Assembly: GCA_041891055.1 (NCBI GenBank)
Contig: CP169075.1
Location: 32,001 to 96,000, forward strand
Origin: Halorutilales archaeon Cl-col2-1
Lineage (GTDB): Archaea; Halobacteriota; Halobacteria; Halobacteriales; Afararchaeaceae
DNA: 64,000 nucleotides
Direction: 5' to 3'
In this document: one piece after another, positions 30,609 through 40,824 of the stretch
Layout of the letters: each line of letters opens with the position of its first letter
How positions within the stretch are numbered: the stretch's first letter is position 1
The notes under the pieces: model-generated
Database searches by the model: none
Told to the model about the DNA's origin: nothing
Seen by the model: the letters and a program-made list of their open reading frames with translations, nothing else
Made by a program: the position numbers and the translations under genes

Positions 30609-33600
30609 ATGTCTGATATACAAGGGCAAATTAAGGATGCCCGAGAGGATCTCCTTGATATGTCTTTACGAAATAGATTACTTAATTTTAAGGAGTATAA
30701 AAAGAGCACGGCAAAAATAGTTAATGAGCTTCCTTCTGAAGTTTACCAACACCTAGTTATTGATCGAAATAAGATGTTATTTTTACCTCAGGGAGAAACT
30801 CTAACTTACGAGGAAATATTACCTGATATAGAAGATATTATTCAAGTTATAGAACATGATAAAACTTGTCGTCTTTGTCAAAGTGAGCCCGAAGTAATTG
30901 ATGATAAAACTGGGTTTCTAGAAGATATTAACTCTGTACAGGGTGGGGATCATGGATACGGACTGCCTATAAAAGAAATAAATGAATTATCGGATTTAAC
31001 AGAAACTGATTCAGATAGAAGAGAAGAATATTCAAATAGATACCTCCAAACACCTCATAAAGAATCAAACCTCCAAAACCGTCTATACAGTATAACAAAA
31101 GACTCTGAAGCTCTTATCGAAGATGCTGGATATAATGCTTTATATCTCGCTGTCGGGTTTCTTAAATGGAGAGAAGCAGAAGCACAGGAAGGATCTCACA
31201 AAGCTCCTTTGATTCTAATACCTGTTAAGATGGAGAGAGGTGGAGTTCGTTCTGATTTTAGCCTACAGTGGAATGGTGAAGAAATTACTGGTAATCTATC
31301 ATTAGATCTTAAGCTTTCTGAACAAGGGTTTGATCTTCCCGAGTTTACTAAGCCTGAAGAGAAAATCGAAATAAAAGAGTATTTAGAACTAATCGACGAA
31401 AATATCTCTGATTTTGATGGATGGGAAGTACTACCTGAAATACAGTTGGGCTTCTTTGACTTTACAAAGTTCCTGATGTATCAGGATCTAGATCCAGATA
31501 ATTGGCCTTCTAATCAGAAACCATCTAACCATCCATTATTAAAAGGAATACTCGATAATGAGGAAACTCTATCTAATCCTGAGCGGTTTAATGAAGAAAA
31601 AATAGATGAAAAACTATCCCCAGTAGATGTCCACAACGTTAAGGACGCAGATCCAAGCCAGATATCTGTAATTGAAGACGTAAAAAGAGGTAGAGACCTA
31701 GTGGTTGAAGGCCCACCTGGAACTGGTAAATCTCAGACTATAGTGAATATGATTGCTGAGCTTCTATCTGAAGATAAGAAAATACTTTTTGTCTCTGAAA
31801 AGATGGCTGCACTAAATGTTGTTAAAAATAGGCTTGACTCTGTTGGGATAGGTGACTTTTGCCTTGAACTTCACAGCGAAGAAGCAAATAAGTCAAAGGT
31901 TCTAAACGAATTGGAACGAGTATCTAAACTTAGTATTGAAGATCCCCATATACCTAAAGAGACCTTTCATAAGCTAGAGAGAAAACGTAAGAAGTTAGAT
32001 GAATATTCTGATGCACTTGGGTCTCCATTTGGTGAATTGAATAAAACTCCATATCAGCTATTCGGCGAAAAAGAAGAAGCATATCAGCATTTTGAAGAAA
32101 TTGGGAAAGATTTTCCTAAAATAGATATATCTAATGCAGAATCTCTATCGCCACAGGAACATACTGAATCTTTGAATACTATTAAAGAATTAAATAGCCG
32201 CCTCAAAAAAGTGCATCCTATTGAGGATAATCCTTGGTATGGATGCCATCCCGGCCAAATATTGCCTGATGAAAGAAAAGAAATAGAGGAGCTTTTACGA
32301 AATAGCACAAATTCATTAGATGAAATTAAAAAGATTAATGAGGGACTTGAGGAAGACTTCGGAGTGAAACGAGCCTCAACATTAAATGAGCTTGATAAAA
32401 GTATTGAAACTATTGAAATACTTGCTGAAGATTGGGATGTTGAACAAGAGACCCTACAGAAACCTGTTTGGAGAGATAATCCAGAAAAGGCTATGGAATT
32501 AGTAAATGATGTAGAAGAATTTCAAGATCTTCGAAGTAATCTAAGTGGGAGGGTAACTATTTCTTCAACTGAAAGTCCAGAGGAACGAATATCTAAGTAC
32601 AATAATCTACACTCCTCTTTCAAAGAATGCCTCCGCCCAGCTTGGAATGATCTAGAAATATCAGATAGACCAGAAGATATAGACGCAAAGATTGAGAGTA
32701 TTAGCGAATCAATTGATGATATTCGTAAATGGGAAAAGAGTATAAGAGAAAGTATACATACTCATAAAGCAAATAATCTTGCAGATCTTCATAATCTAAT
32801 TAAAATTACAAAACCAATCTCTGAGAGTATAAATATCCATGAAGAATTAATACGAGATTCTACCTGGAACGAAATGCCTGCTGAGGTAGAATCACTAACA
32901 GAAAAAATTGAGAAGAAAAGAAAAATTCAGAATGATGTTGGTAAAAGAGTAGATACTGAACGAATTGATAGAGATCTACCTGATTTACTCACCCGCTATA
33001 GGGAATTAAGCAGCTCATACACTAGATTTGTTCAACTGGAATGGTACAATATTAAGAGTGAAATTTCGGATCTTTATATGGGGGATGTACCTAGTAAAAG
33101 TAAGAAGATAGAGAAAGATATTGAGGAGTTAATGAAATTAGATAATTTAAAAGAAGAGTTGCAAGACTATGATGGAGAAGGTCAATATTTGTTAGAACCA
33201 GTTTGGAATGGAGTAGATACAACCCCCGAGGAGATTAGAGAGTTTTCAGAGTGGATGCTTGAGATACGTAAGGGAATTAAACGGGATCTTATTACGGAAG
33301 ATACTATTAAAATAATATCTGAAAGTAATACAAAGTATAATTTAGATATAGCTGAAGGAGAGCAAAAAATAGAAAATTTGGAGGGAGGGTTTGAGTATCT
33401 TAGTAGACTAGGTTTAAACTCAAGGAAGATATTTGAAAAAGCATCTGACGATAATGGATTAAACCATGTTTCTTTTGAGTCAATTAATCCTGTGATAAAT
33501 ATATTACAAGATATTTCAGACATTTATGTAGAAAAGGTTCCAAATGTAGTAAATAAGGTTGATAGTGACATTCAGGATTTAATTAAACTCAATGAAAAAA

Positions 33601-36299
33601 GAAAAAATATAAATAAGTCTTCGGGCGGTGACTCCTTTGGGCATATTTGGGAGGGTGAAAATAGTGATATAGAACAATTAAAAGAATTCTATGACTGGAT
33701 GTCAAAATTTGCTCAAAAACTTGATCAAGGAGAATTAACGGAAAAATCTGTAGAAGTATTTTCAAATAATTCGATGGATAGCGAGATTGAAGAGAATAAA
33801 CAAGCAATAAATAAATATAAAGATGATTTTGATGGATCAATTAGGGAACTCGATAAAAAGCTTCAGATATCTTCTGAGGAAGTTTGGGGTAGTGATATAT
33901 ATGAAGTAGAACTCGACTCTATTTCATCTAAATTAAAGACGCTTGAAAAGTCCTCTGAAGATCTAGAAACCTGGTCGAATTTCGATTATACAAGGAAAAG
34001 CACCCGTGACACTATAGCTGAACCAGTAGTTGAACTAGTTAATGAAGGAAAGCTAGCTCCTGAAGATATTGTCCCTTGCTTCAAGGGTAATTTAGCAGAT
34101 AGTCTCCTAACTTCAGTGCTAAAAGAGAGAGAGATATTAGCTCAGTTTGATGAAGAACTCCATGAAGATCGAATTAGAGACTTTCAAGAGCTAGATAGAA
34201 AAAGCATTAAAATTAACCGTAAACGGGTTATCTCTAAGCTGATAGAAAATAAACCACAATTGATGCAAGGAGCATCTAAATCTAGCCCTGTAGGCACACT
34301 ATTACATGAATTTGGAAAAGAAAGACTGCATAAGCCGATACGGGTACTTCTGCAAGAAGCTGGAGATCTAATTCAGGATCTAAAACCTTGTTTCATGATG
34401 AGCCCACTTAGCGTGGCTAAATACTTCGATCCAGGAACAATTGACTTTGATGTTGTTATTTTTGATGAAGCAAGCCAAGTACGTCCAGAAGATGCAATTG
34501 GTACTATACTTCGAGGTGATCAGCTTGTACTTTTTGGAGATACAAAACAACTTCCACCAACTAGTTTCTTTGATAATGTAACAGAGCCTCAAGACTCCGA
34601 TGAGAAATGGGAATTCAAAATGAAAAATGTTGAAAGCATATTGGATCTCTGTCGATCCTCATTACCCTCTAGACGTTTAAAATGGCATTATAGAAGTCGT
34701 CATGAATCACTCATAGCAGTCTCAAACGAGGAATTCTACGACAATGAGCTTGTAGTATATCCATCCCCTATCCAAGACTCTGAAGACCTTGGATTAGAAT
34801 TCAGACATCTCCCCGATACCACGTATGATAGAGGAGGGAGTAGTACAAATAGAGAAGAAGCTAGAAAAGTTGCCGAGGCTGCTATTCAACACTATCAGGA
34901 CAATCCATCAAAGAGTCTAGGAATAGGAACGTTTAGCCAAAAGCAACAAAATGCAGTACTGGAAGAGGTTGAAAGACTAAGAAAGGAAAATCCAGAAATG
35001 GATAAGTACTTCTCTCATGACCAAGAGGAGAATTTCTTTGTTAAGAATCTTGAAAGAATCCAGGGAGATGAAAGAGACGTCATTTTCATAAGTGTTGGTT
35101 ATGGGCGTGACTCAGACGGTAAATTACATAATAACTTCGGGCCGCTAAACCAAGACGGTGGATGGAGACGCCTAAATGTATTGATCACACGAGCTAGAGA
35201 GCGTTGTGTTGTGTTTTCAAATTTTACTGCAGACGAATTAGATGTGAAGTCATCTAGCTCAAGAGGCGTTAAAAGCTTTAAAACATTCTTAGACTATGCT
35301 GAGAATGGAAATCTTAGGTCAATTACCGAAGCTGGTAAAGACCCTGAATCACCTTTTGAAAGAAGTGTAATAAAATTCCTTCAAGAGGAAGGATATGAAG
35401 TACATCCTCAAGTAGGAAGTGCGGGTTTTAGAATAGACCTAGCTATTGCAGATCCAGAAAATCCTGGAAGATATGTTTTAGGAATAGAATGTGATGGGGC
35501 ATCTTATCACTCATCACCTGTAGCACGTGAACGTGATAGACAAAGGCAAGAGATATTGGAAGACAGAGGATGGGATATATATCGAATTTGGTCAACAGAC
35601 TGGTATAGAAATCGTGATAGAGCGAAGGAAAGCCTTGTTGAAGAAGTTGAGAAAGCACTCAACAGAGGCGCATTAACAGTGTCTTCAGATATGAACTCAA
35701 AAATAGAAGAAGATTCTGAAATAACCGAATTAGAAGATACTGAGGGATCGGATACATTCTCTTTAGAGGAATTGTCGACAAAATACGAAAAAACTCAGAA
35801 TATAGGCAAAATAAACCTGAGTAATCATAATCCTGGAGAATTATATTCACCTATTGAAGAAATAATTAAAACAGAATCGCCAATTCATACAGATCTTCTT
35901 ATTCATAGACTCGTATCCAACTCAGATGTTAGTCGGGCAGGAACGAAGATCCAAGAAACAATAAAAAAAGCAGCGGATCGGCTATCAAGGAATGATAAGA
36001 TAGAGAAGAATGGAGAGTTTTTGTACTATAAGGACAAAGAAATTGAAGTCCGAGAGCGCAAGAGTAAAAGGCTAAAAGATATAGAATGGATATCGGAGGA
36101 AGAAATTGAAAAAGGGATAAGAAAGATACTTCAGAATGAGATTGAGACGTCTAAAGACGATTTAATCAAAGAAACTTCTAGGTTATTCGGGTTTGGAAGA
36201 ACTAGTCAAGCCGTCTCAGATAGAATATCAGAGATAGTTGACAGTCTTCATTCATCAAAAAAGATAGAAGAAGAAAATGGCAAGTTACGCTTAAAGTGA
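30609..36299 (+). CDS. DUF4011-SF1 helicase-Vsr-like nuclease-DUF3320 protein (Hhe-like antiviral defence)
   Basis: LLDMSLRNRLLN, GPPGTGKSQT, FDEASQ, GDTKQLPP, IQGDERD, RRLNVLITRAR, ESPFE...RIDLAI...IECDG..YH; low GC. Confidence 0.9.
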   Translation: MSDIQGQIKDAREDLLDMSLRNRLLNFKEYKKSTAKIVNELPSEVYQHLVIDRNKMLFLPQGETLTYEEILPDIEDIIQVIEHDKTCRLCQSEPEVIDDKTGFLEDINSVQGGDHGYGLPIKEINELSDLTETDSDRREEYSNRYLQTPHKESNLQNRLYSITKDSEALIEDAGYNALYLAVGFLKWREAEAQEGSHKAPLILIPVKMERGGVRSDFSLQWNGEEITGNLSLDLKLSEQGFDLPEFTKPEEKIEIKEYLELIDENISDFDGWEVLPEIQLGFFDFTKFLMYQDLDPDNWPSNQKPSNHPLLKGILDNEETLSNPERFNEEKIDEKLSPVDVHNVKDADPSQISVIEDVKRGRDLVVEGPPGTGKSQTIVNMIAELLSEDKKILFVSEKMAALNVVKNRLDSVGIGDFCLELHSEEANKSKVLNELERVSKLSIEDPHIPKETFHKLERKRKKLDEYSDALGSPFGELNKTPYQLFGEKEEAYQHFEEIGKDFPKIDISNAESLSPQEHTESLNTIKELNSRLKKVHPIEDNPWYGCHPGQILPDERKEIEELLRNSTNSLDEIKKINEGLEEDFGVKRASTLNELDKSIETIEILAEDWDVEQETLQKPVWRDNPEKAMELVNDVEEFQDLRSNLSGRVTISSTESPEERISKYNNLHSSFKECLRPAWNDLEISDRPEDIDAKIESISESIDDIRKWEKSIRESIHTHKANNLADLHNLIKITKPISESINIHEELIRDSTWNEMPAEVESLTEKIEKKRKIQNDVGKRVDTERIDRDLPDLLTRYRELSSSYTRFVQLEWYNIKSEISDLYMGDVPSKSKKIEKDIEELMKLDNLKEELQDYDGEGQYLLEPVWNGVDTTPEEIREFSEWMLEIRKGIKRDLITEDTIKIISESNTKYNLDIAEGEQKIENLEGGFEYLSRLGLNSRKIFEKASDDNGLNHVSFESINPVINILQDISDIYVEKVPNVVNKVDSDIQDLIKLNEKRKNINKSSGGDSFGHIWEGENSDIEQLKEFYDWMSKFAQKLDQGELTEKSVEVFSNNSMDSEIEENKQAINKYKDDFDGSIRELDKKLQISSEEVWGSDIYEVELDSISSKLKTLEKSSEDLETWSNFDYTRKSTRDTIAEPVVELVNEGKLAPEDIVPCFKGNLADSLLTSVLKEREILAQFDEELHEDRIRDFQELDRKSIKINRKRVISKLIENKPQLMQGASKSSPVGTLLHEFGKERLHKPIRVLLQEAGDLIQDLKPCFMMSPLSVAKYFDPGTIDFDVVIFDEASQVRPEDAIGTILRGDQLVLFGDTKQLPPTSFFDNVTEPQDSDEKWEFKMKNVESILDLCRSSLPSRRLKWHYRSRHESLIAVSNEEFYDNELVVYPSPIQDSEDLGLEFRHLPDTTYDRGGSSTNREEARKVAEAAIQHYQDNPSKSLGIGTFSQKQQNAVLEEVERLRKENPEMDKYFSHDQEENFFVKNLERIQGDERDVIFISVGYGRDSDGKLHNNFGPLNQDGGWRRLNVLITRARERCVVFSNFTADELDVKSSSSRGVKSFKTFLDYAENGNLRSITEAGKDPESPFERSVIKFLQEEGYEVHPQVGSAGFRIDLAIADPENPGRYVLGIECDGASYHSSPVARERDRQRQEILEDRGWDIYRIWSTDWYRNRDRAKESLVEEVEKALNRGALTVSSDMNSKIEEDSEITELEDTEGSDTFSLEELSTKYEKTQNIGKINLSNHNPGELYSPIEEIIKTESPIHTDLLIHRLVSNSDVSRAGTKIQETIKKAADRLSRNDKIEKNGEFLYYKDKEIEVRERKSKRLKDIEWISEEEIEKGIRKILQNEIETSKDDLIKETSRLFGFGRTSQAVSDRISEIVDSLHSSKKIEEENGKLRLK

Positions 36300-36485
36300 A
36301 ATAAGCGTATGTCATGGATAGGATAAGAAAGGTGGAGTAAAAACACGCTTCATGGGGTTAGTACCAATCTTCGCCCATCTGTGGTAGTGAATATTCAACG
36401 CTAATTCTAGCTATACTTGGCTATTCAGTCTGGTGAATCTACTGGGATGACTAAATAGTACTGTAGAGAACGTGTCATAGAATAG

Positions 36486-36768
36486 GGCTCTGGTGAATCA
36501 CTAGACTGCGTTGGATCAAGCCACTAATTCAAAGGAGATGAAGCGGGAAGTCTCCAATGTCATGTCCAAAATTTCCCGTTTTGGAACGCTTGCGTTCCAA
36601 CATATGTGAATCGAAGATTTTCAGCTGACGAAGCTATGCTTCGTGAAGCCGTGCGTGCGCGTGCCTGGTACAGAGAATTTCGTGAACTCGTCCTGATCTG
36701 CTCTGTCTATAATATCAAACATGTCGTAAAACAGTAAATCAAGCTACGTATGGCGATTCACCAAAGCC
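36486..36768 (+). mobile_element. Internally deleted IS5-family element (MITE-like)
   Basis: Both TIRs plus the first and last transposase codons, matching 39430-40508. Confidence 0.88.
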
Positions 36769-36890
36769 ATCAGAACCATTCTGAAGAGTTCTGGGTCATA
36801 GTAGATTAAGAGCCAGAAAGTGAGTAAAGTGCGGGTCGGTTCTATTAGAAATAACGAGAGCTATATAAGGAGTCATGATAACTACGCAAT

Positions 36891-37850
36891 ATGCCAATTC
36901 TAAAAGAATATGCTGACTCCAACGAAAAGAATGGGTACTACGTCCATGCACATATTTCTGACCGAAACCATCCATTACCTCTACAAACTCCAAAAGTTAC
37001 CAGAAAGATCTACAGTGAACTTGGATACGAACCAACCAAACAAGGGCCAAATGGGGGTGTACAAGTACCCCATGATCTGACTTGGACCCTCTATAATGTT
37101 GGACTACACTGGACCGAAAATTCTGCATCTCAAGGAGATCCTTCAGAACTTGATTCTGATAACCTTCGCAAAGCAGCACAACCAGATTTGACAGAAGAGG
37201 ATATCGAATCAATACTTGAATTCGGAGAAGACTACACGGGTCAATATCAGTCCCAAGTTAGAGATCTTTTGGATGAGTTCTCTAGAGAAGGGCCTACAGA
37301 AACCGACCGTTACTTTGTAACGGAGCTATATGAAGCATCAAAGTCGTTCGGATACCTGATTAGACAGGTATTAGACAGCGACAAGATGGATACAAATGCA
37401 AAGACAAGGGAGTGGGAGTCACGCGTGAGCGAGTTCACCAGTAAAACTGGTGAACTTCAACTCGAAACGCCGGTAGCAGTCTCGGATTACCGTGAAAAGC
37501 ACGGTAAGAACGAAGTAGCGAACGTTCTATCTAACTACGAAGCGATAGATGTGGAACATCTATCCGAAGAGGAACGTGAACTACTCACTAATCACGAAGT
37601 GATTAGTGAGGACTCGGAGTTCTACATCCCCGTTTCACCAGAAACGGGTGAACGACTTCCGGTGTCACCGAGGACTCAAGAAGACCTCGAAGACGCGACC
37701 AAACTCCTAAAGGAGTTTGATCTTGAGGTTCCTGAGTCCGAGTCTACTGACTCAGAGATTAACGGGGATATCGAAGACCTCGCAAAGCACATAGCACTTC
37801 ATACAAGTGCTAATCTCGAAGAAGCCGAAGAAATCCTCGAAAGCTTCTGA
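36891..37850 (+). CDS. Hypothetical acidic protein
   Basis: 319-aa ORF with haloarchaeal composition and no recognised motif. Confidence 0.65.
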   Translation: MPILKEYADSNEKNGYYVHAHISDRNHPLPLQTPKVTRKIYSELGYEPTKQGPNGGVQVPHDLTWTLYNVGLHWTENSASQGDPSELDSDNLRKAAQPDLTEEDIESILEFGEDYTGQYQSQVRDLLDEFSREGPTETDRYFVTELYEASKSFGYLIRQVLDSDKMDTNAKTREWESRVSEFTSKTGELQLETPVAVSDYREKHGKNEVANVLSNYEAIDVEHLSEEERELLTNHEVISEDSEFYIPVSPETGERLPVSPRTQEDLEDATKLLKEFDLEVPESESTDSEINGDIEDLAKHIALHTSANLEEAEEILESF

Positions 37851-37929
37851 AAACGTCTGAGTAGCCGCCCTCCTGCTTTTTAATCATGCCCTGTTAGGGT
37901 TATGCCTGATAATATCAGCGAGCTATTAT

Positions 37930-38381
37930 CTAAAGGATAGACAGCGCGAGTTCCCCGCCCTTCCGAAAACCGCAGGTTTTCGGCTTTCGCAAATCTTTGA
38001 TTTGCGTCAACACCGTGGGCGGGGGTGAAGCGCGTGCGCTTGGCCACGTCCCTGCTTTTAAGTATCGGGACGCCCTACTATGATTTGGAACCCCACGTTA
38101 TCGGCCTCGCAAAACCCGCGCACCTGACGGGTAAGACGCGGTGCGCCGGGCCTGTGTCGCGCCCACGTGAAGGGGCGGACGCCCACGGACACACCCGCCA
38201 CGGCAGCAACAGACGACCTCTGTTGCGGTGGCATTCCCGGTGTGTTCGGGTGTTACCGGTTCCACGCGAGTCCCCGCTGGGGACGAGCGCGGGCGGAATT
38301 AAATTCGCCACCGGTCGTTTCGCTGGGCTCGTGCCAGAGACCACAGCGAAGCCACGGGCCACCGCGCCCGTGGTACTTCAC
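37930..38381 (+). mobile_element. Non-coding IS200/IS605 derivative with a structured RNA-like 3' part
   Basis: Follows TTAT; left-end hairpin; internal TATA-like TTTTAAGTA; ends CCCGTGGTACTTCAC; homologous to 19184-19723. Confidence 0.75.
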
Positions 38382-38616
38382 GTGTGCGGAAGTTATTACG
38401 TGGTAGAAAATGACCGATATACTGTAGGGCGGAACTTTTGATACCCTTGATTAACTGTTACCACAATTGCAGACGTAGAAAACGAAAACGACCGGTTCAG
38501 ATATCTATACAATCTATCATCCAGAGTGTATCACTATCCCAGTCTCTGAGTATAAATTAATACCGCCCCCGACAACCACCTATACTTTATATGTTAAAAG
38601 AACAACTTACTCGTGA

Positions 38617-39351
38617 ATGTTCGAGGCTAGCATCAACGCTGGAGTGCTCCAGTCCGGATTAGATACGGTAGAGAACCTCGTCGACGAGTGTAAGGTTCGT
38701 CTCAAAGAGGATGAACTCTCGATACAAGCTGTGGATCCAGCGAACGTCGGTATGGTCGATCTCTCTATACCTGCTGAGTCTTTCGAGTCCTACAACGGAG
38801 ACAACGAAGTGATCGGTCTCAACATAGAACGTTTCATGGATATCATCGGGATGGCGAACAAAGACGACACGATAGATCTTGAACTCGATCCCGAAACTCA
38901 CAAACTCAAGATACACGTCGAGGGACTGCATTATACTCTTAGTCTTATAGATGCTGACGCTGTTCGACAGGAGCCCGATGTCCCGGATCTAGATCTATCA
39001 AGTGAAGTTGTTGTGGCTGGTAGACAGATAGACCGTGGTGTAAAAGCATCAGGTATGGTGAGTGACCATCTGGAGTTAGGTGTCAACGGTAACTTCTACA
39101 TGCACGCTGAAGGAGACACAGACGACGTGCGTATCGATCTAGATGAGGAGGAGGTTGTTGATCTAGAGGGTGATGACGCACGTTCTATGTTCTCTCTTGA
39201 CTACTTAGAGGACATGTCGAAGGCTATACCCAAAGACGCTCAAGTCAGGATGGAGTTAGGTATCGATCATCCGACTAAGATGCATTTTGATGTCGGGGAT
39301 GGTTCGGCTGATGTTACGTATCTACTAGCTCCTAGGATTGAGAATGAATAG
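38617..39351 (+). CDS. pcn: DNA polymerase sliding clamp PCNA
   Basis: LVDECK, AVDPANVGMVDL, SMFSLDYL, YLLAPRIE; 244 aa. Confidence 0.96.
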   Translation: MFEASINAGVLQSGLDTVENLVDECKVRLKEDELSIQAVDPANVGMVDLSIPAESFESYNGDNEVIGLNIERFMDIIGMANKDDTIDLELDPETHKLKIHVEGLHYTLSLIDADAVRQEPDVPDLDLSSEVVVAGRQIDRGVKASGMVSDHLELGVNGNFYMHAEGDTDDVRIDLDEEEVVDLEGDDARSMFSLDYLEDMSKAIPKDAQVRMELGIDHPTKMHFDVGDGSADVTYLLAPRIENE

Positions 39352-39352
39352 A

Positions 39353-39412
39353 ACTCTCCAGAGCGGGGGTGGATTGTTGGTGTTAAGCTGAGTCAGGTGA
39401 CTCAGGTTAACA
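39353..39412 (+). repeat. Partial repeat: linker plus site A, directly after the PCNA stop codon
   Basis: CTCCAGAGCGGGGGTGG...GG, then TGTTAAGCTGAGTCAGGTGACTCAGGTTAACA (39381-39412). Confidence 0.9.
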
Positions 39413-39429
39413 GTGATTTACAATCCAAG

Positions 39430-40508
39430 GGCTTTGGTGAATCGCCATACGTAACTTGATTTACTGTTTTACGGCATGTTTGATGTTGTAGACAGAGCAG
39501 ATCAGGACGAGTTCACGAAACTCTCTGTACCAGGCACGCGCACGCACGGCTTCACGAAGCATAGCTTCGTTAGCTGAAAATCTTCGATTTTAAGCAGTGC
39601 CGAGCGTGCGCTTGATGTTTGAGAAGACGGTTTCAGACATGGATCTTTGACCATAGAGAGACCCATCGACCCTGGTGTCGCAAATCTGAGATTTGCGTAC
39701 ATCCAAAAATCAGAGATTTTTGAATATGCTGTGTACCTGATCGATGGGTCGGAACTCACGGTGTTTGGTGAGTTGTCTTACGTCTTCTTCTCGTAATTTT
39801 TCACGTAGTTTCATCCAGTCATAGCCTTTGTCGGCAGCGAGGGTATGCAGGTCACCTGCGTTCCGCAGTGCGACCTGCAAGCCGAGCTGAGTATCATGGC
39901 GTTTCTCAGTCGTGCAGTGAAGGTCAAGGACTGCTTGAGTTTCTGTGTCGACGAGGGCTGTAGCTTTGAGTGTCTGGACACGGTAATCCGTCCTACGGCA
40001 GTAGTGTTTGCTAGCGTTTTCTCGGTCGAAGTAAGTAGAGTCCATAGCAGTGTGACCGGTGTTGTCATGTAGTTCCGAGGAGAGACGGAGAAGTACTCTC
40101 CATACACCCATCTCTATCCTATCGAATGCTTTGACTAGGGTTGAATGGTGAGGGAGATCGTCCTCTTCGAGGCCGATCTCCTCAAGGATTCTTGGCATCT
40201 CGCTCAACAGATCGAGTGCTTCTCGGTAGGATTTCTCCAAGTAAATCCGTAGACAGTGGAGAGAAACGATGGCGTAATCCGCGAAGCCGCCACCCTGCTC
40301 TGGGGCGGCGGCTTCGCTCCGACCACCAACAGCGTTTTTAGCTAATGTCACGACTCTATCAGTGAAGTGCTGTGAATCGAAGATTCACATGCGTTGGAAC
40401 GCTTGCGTTCCAAAACGGGAGATTTTGGACATGTCACCGAAAACTTCCCGCTTCATCTCCTTTGCATTAGTGGCTTAATCCAACGCAGTCTAGTGATTCA
40501 CTAGAGCC
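39430..40508 (-). mobile_element. IS5-family element with transposase pseudogene
   Basis: TIRs GGCTYTRGTGAATC; MSKISR/FTDRVVTLAKNAVGG, MDST, ADKGYD, ETVFS; disrupted by three hairpin-pair insertions. Confidence 0.9.
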
Positions 40509-40824
40509 TAACAGCGGGAATCGGGCTCTCATTGGTTCCTCCAACGGTACCGATTTTCGGATCAGCTTCTCAAATCTCCTCTGTACTCTACGTATCTGGT
40601 GGTGGTATACTCGTGACGGTGGGCTGTGTAGGAATATACTCGATATTCCGGGATTCACTCGGAGGCTCGCGTGGAAGAGGAGAATTCAACCGATAATTTG
40701 TCCGGTCGACAGTCTATTCCACTTCAACGAAATCTGCTGTTCCAGCCAACCCCAGAATTGCTACAACCTCTACTTTCACCCTGGTTAGCGTGCCTTTTTG
40801 AAACTACAACCAAGTGTTAGATAT

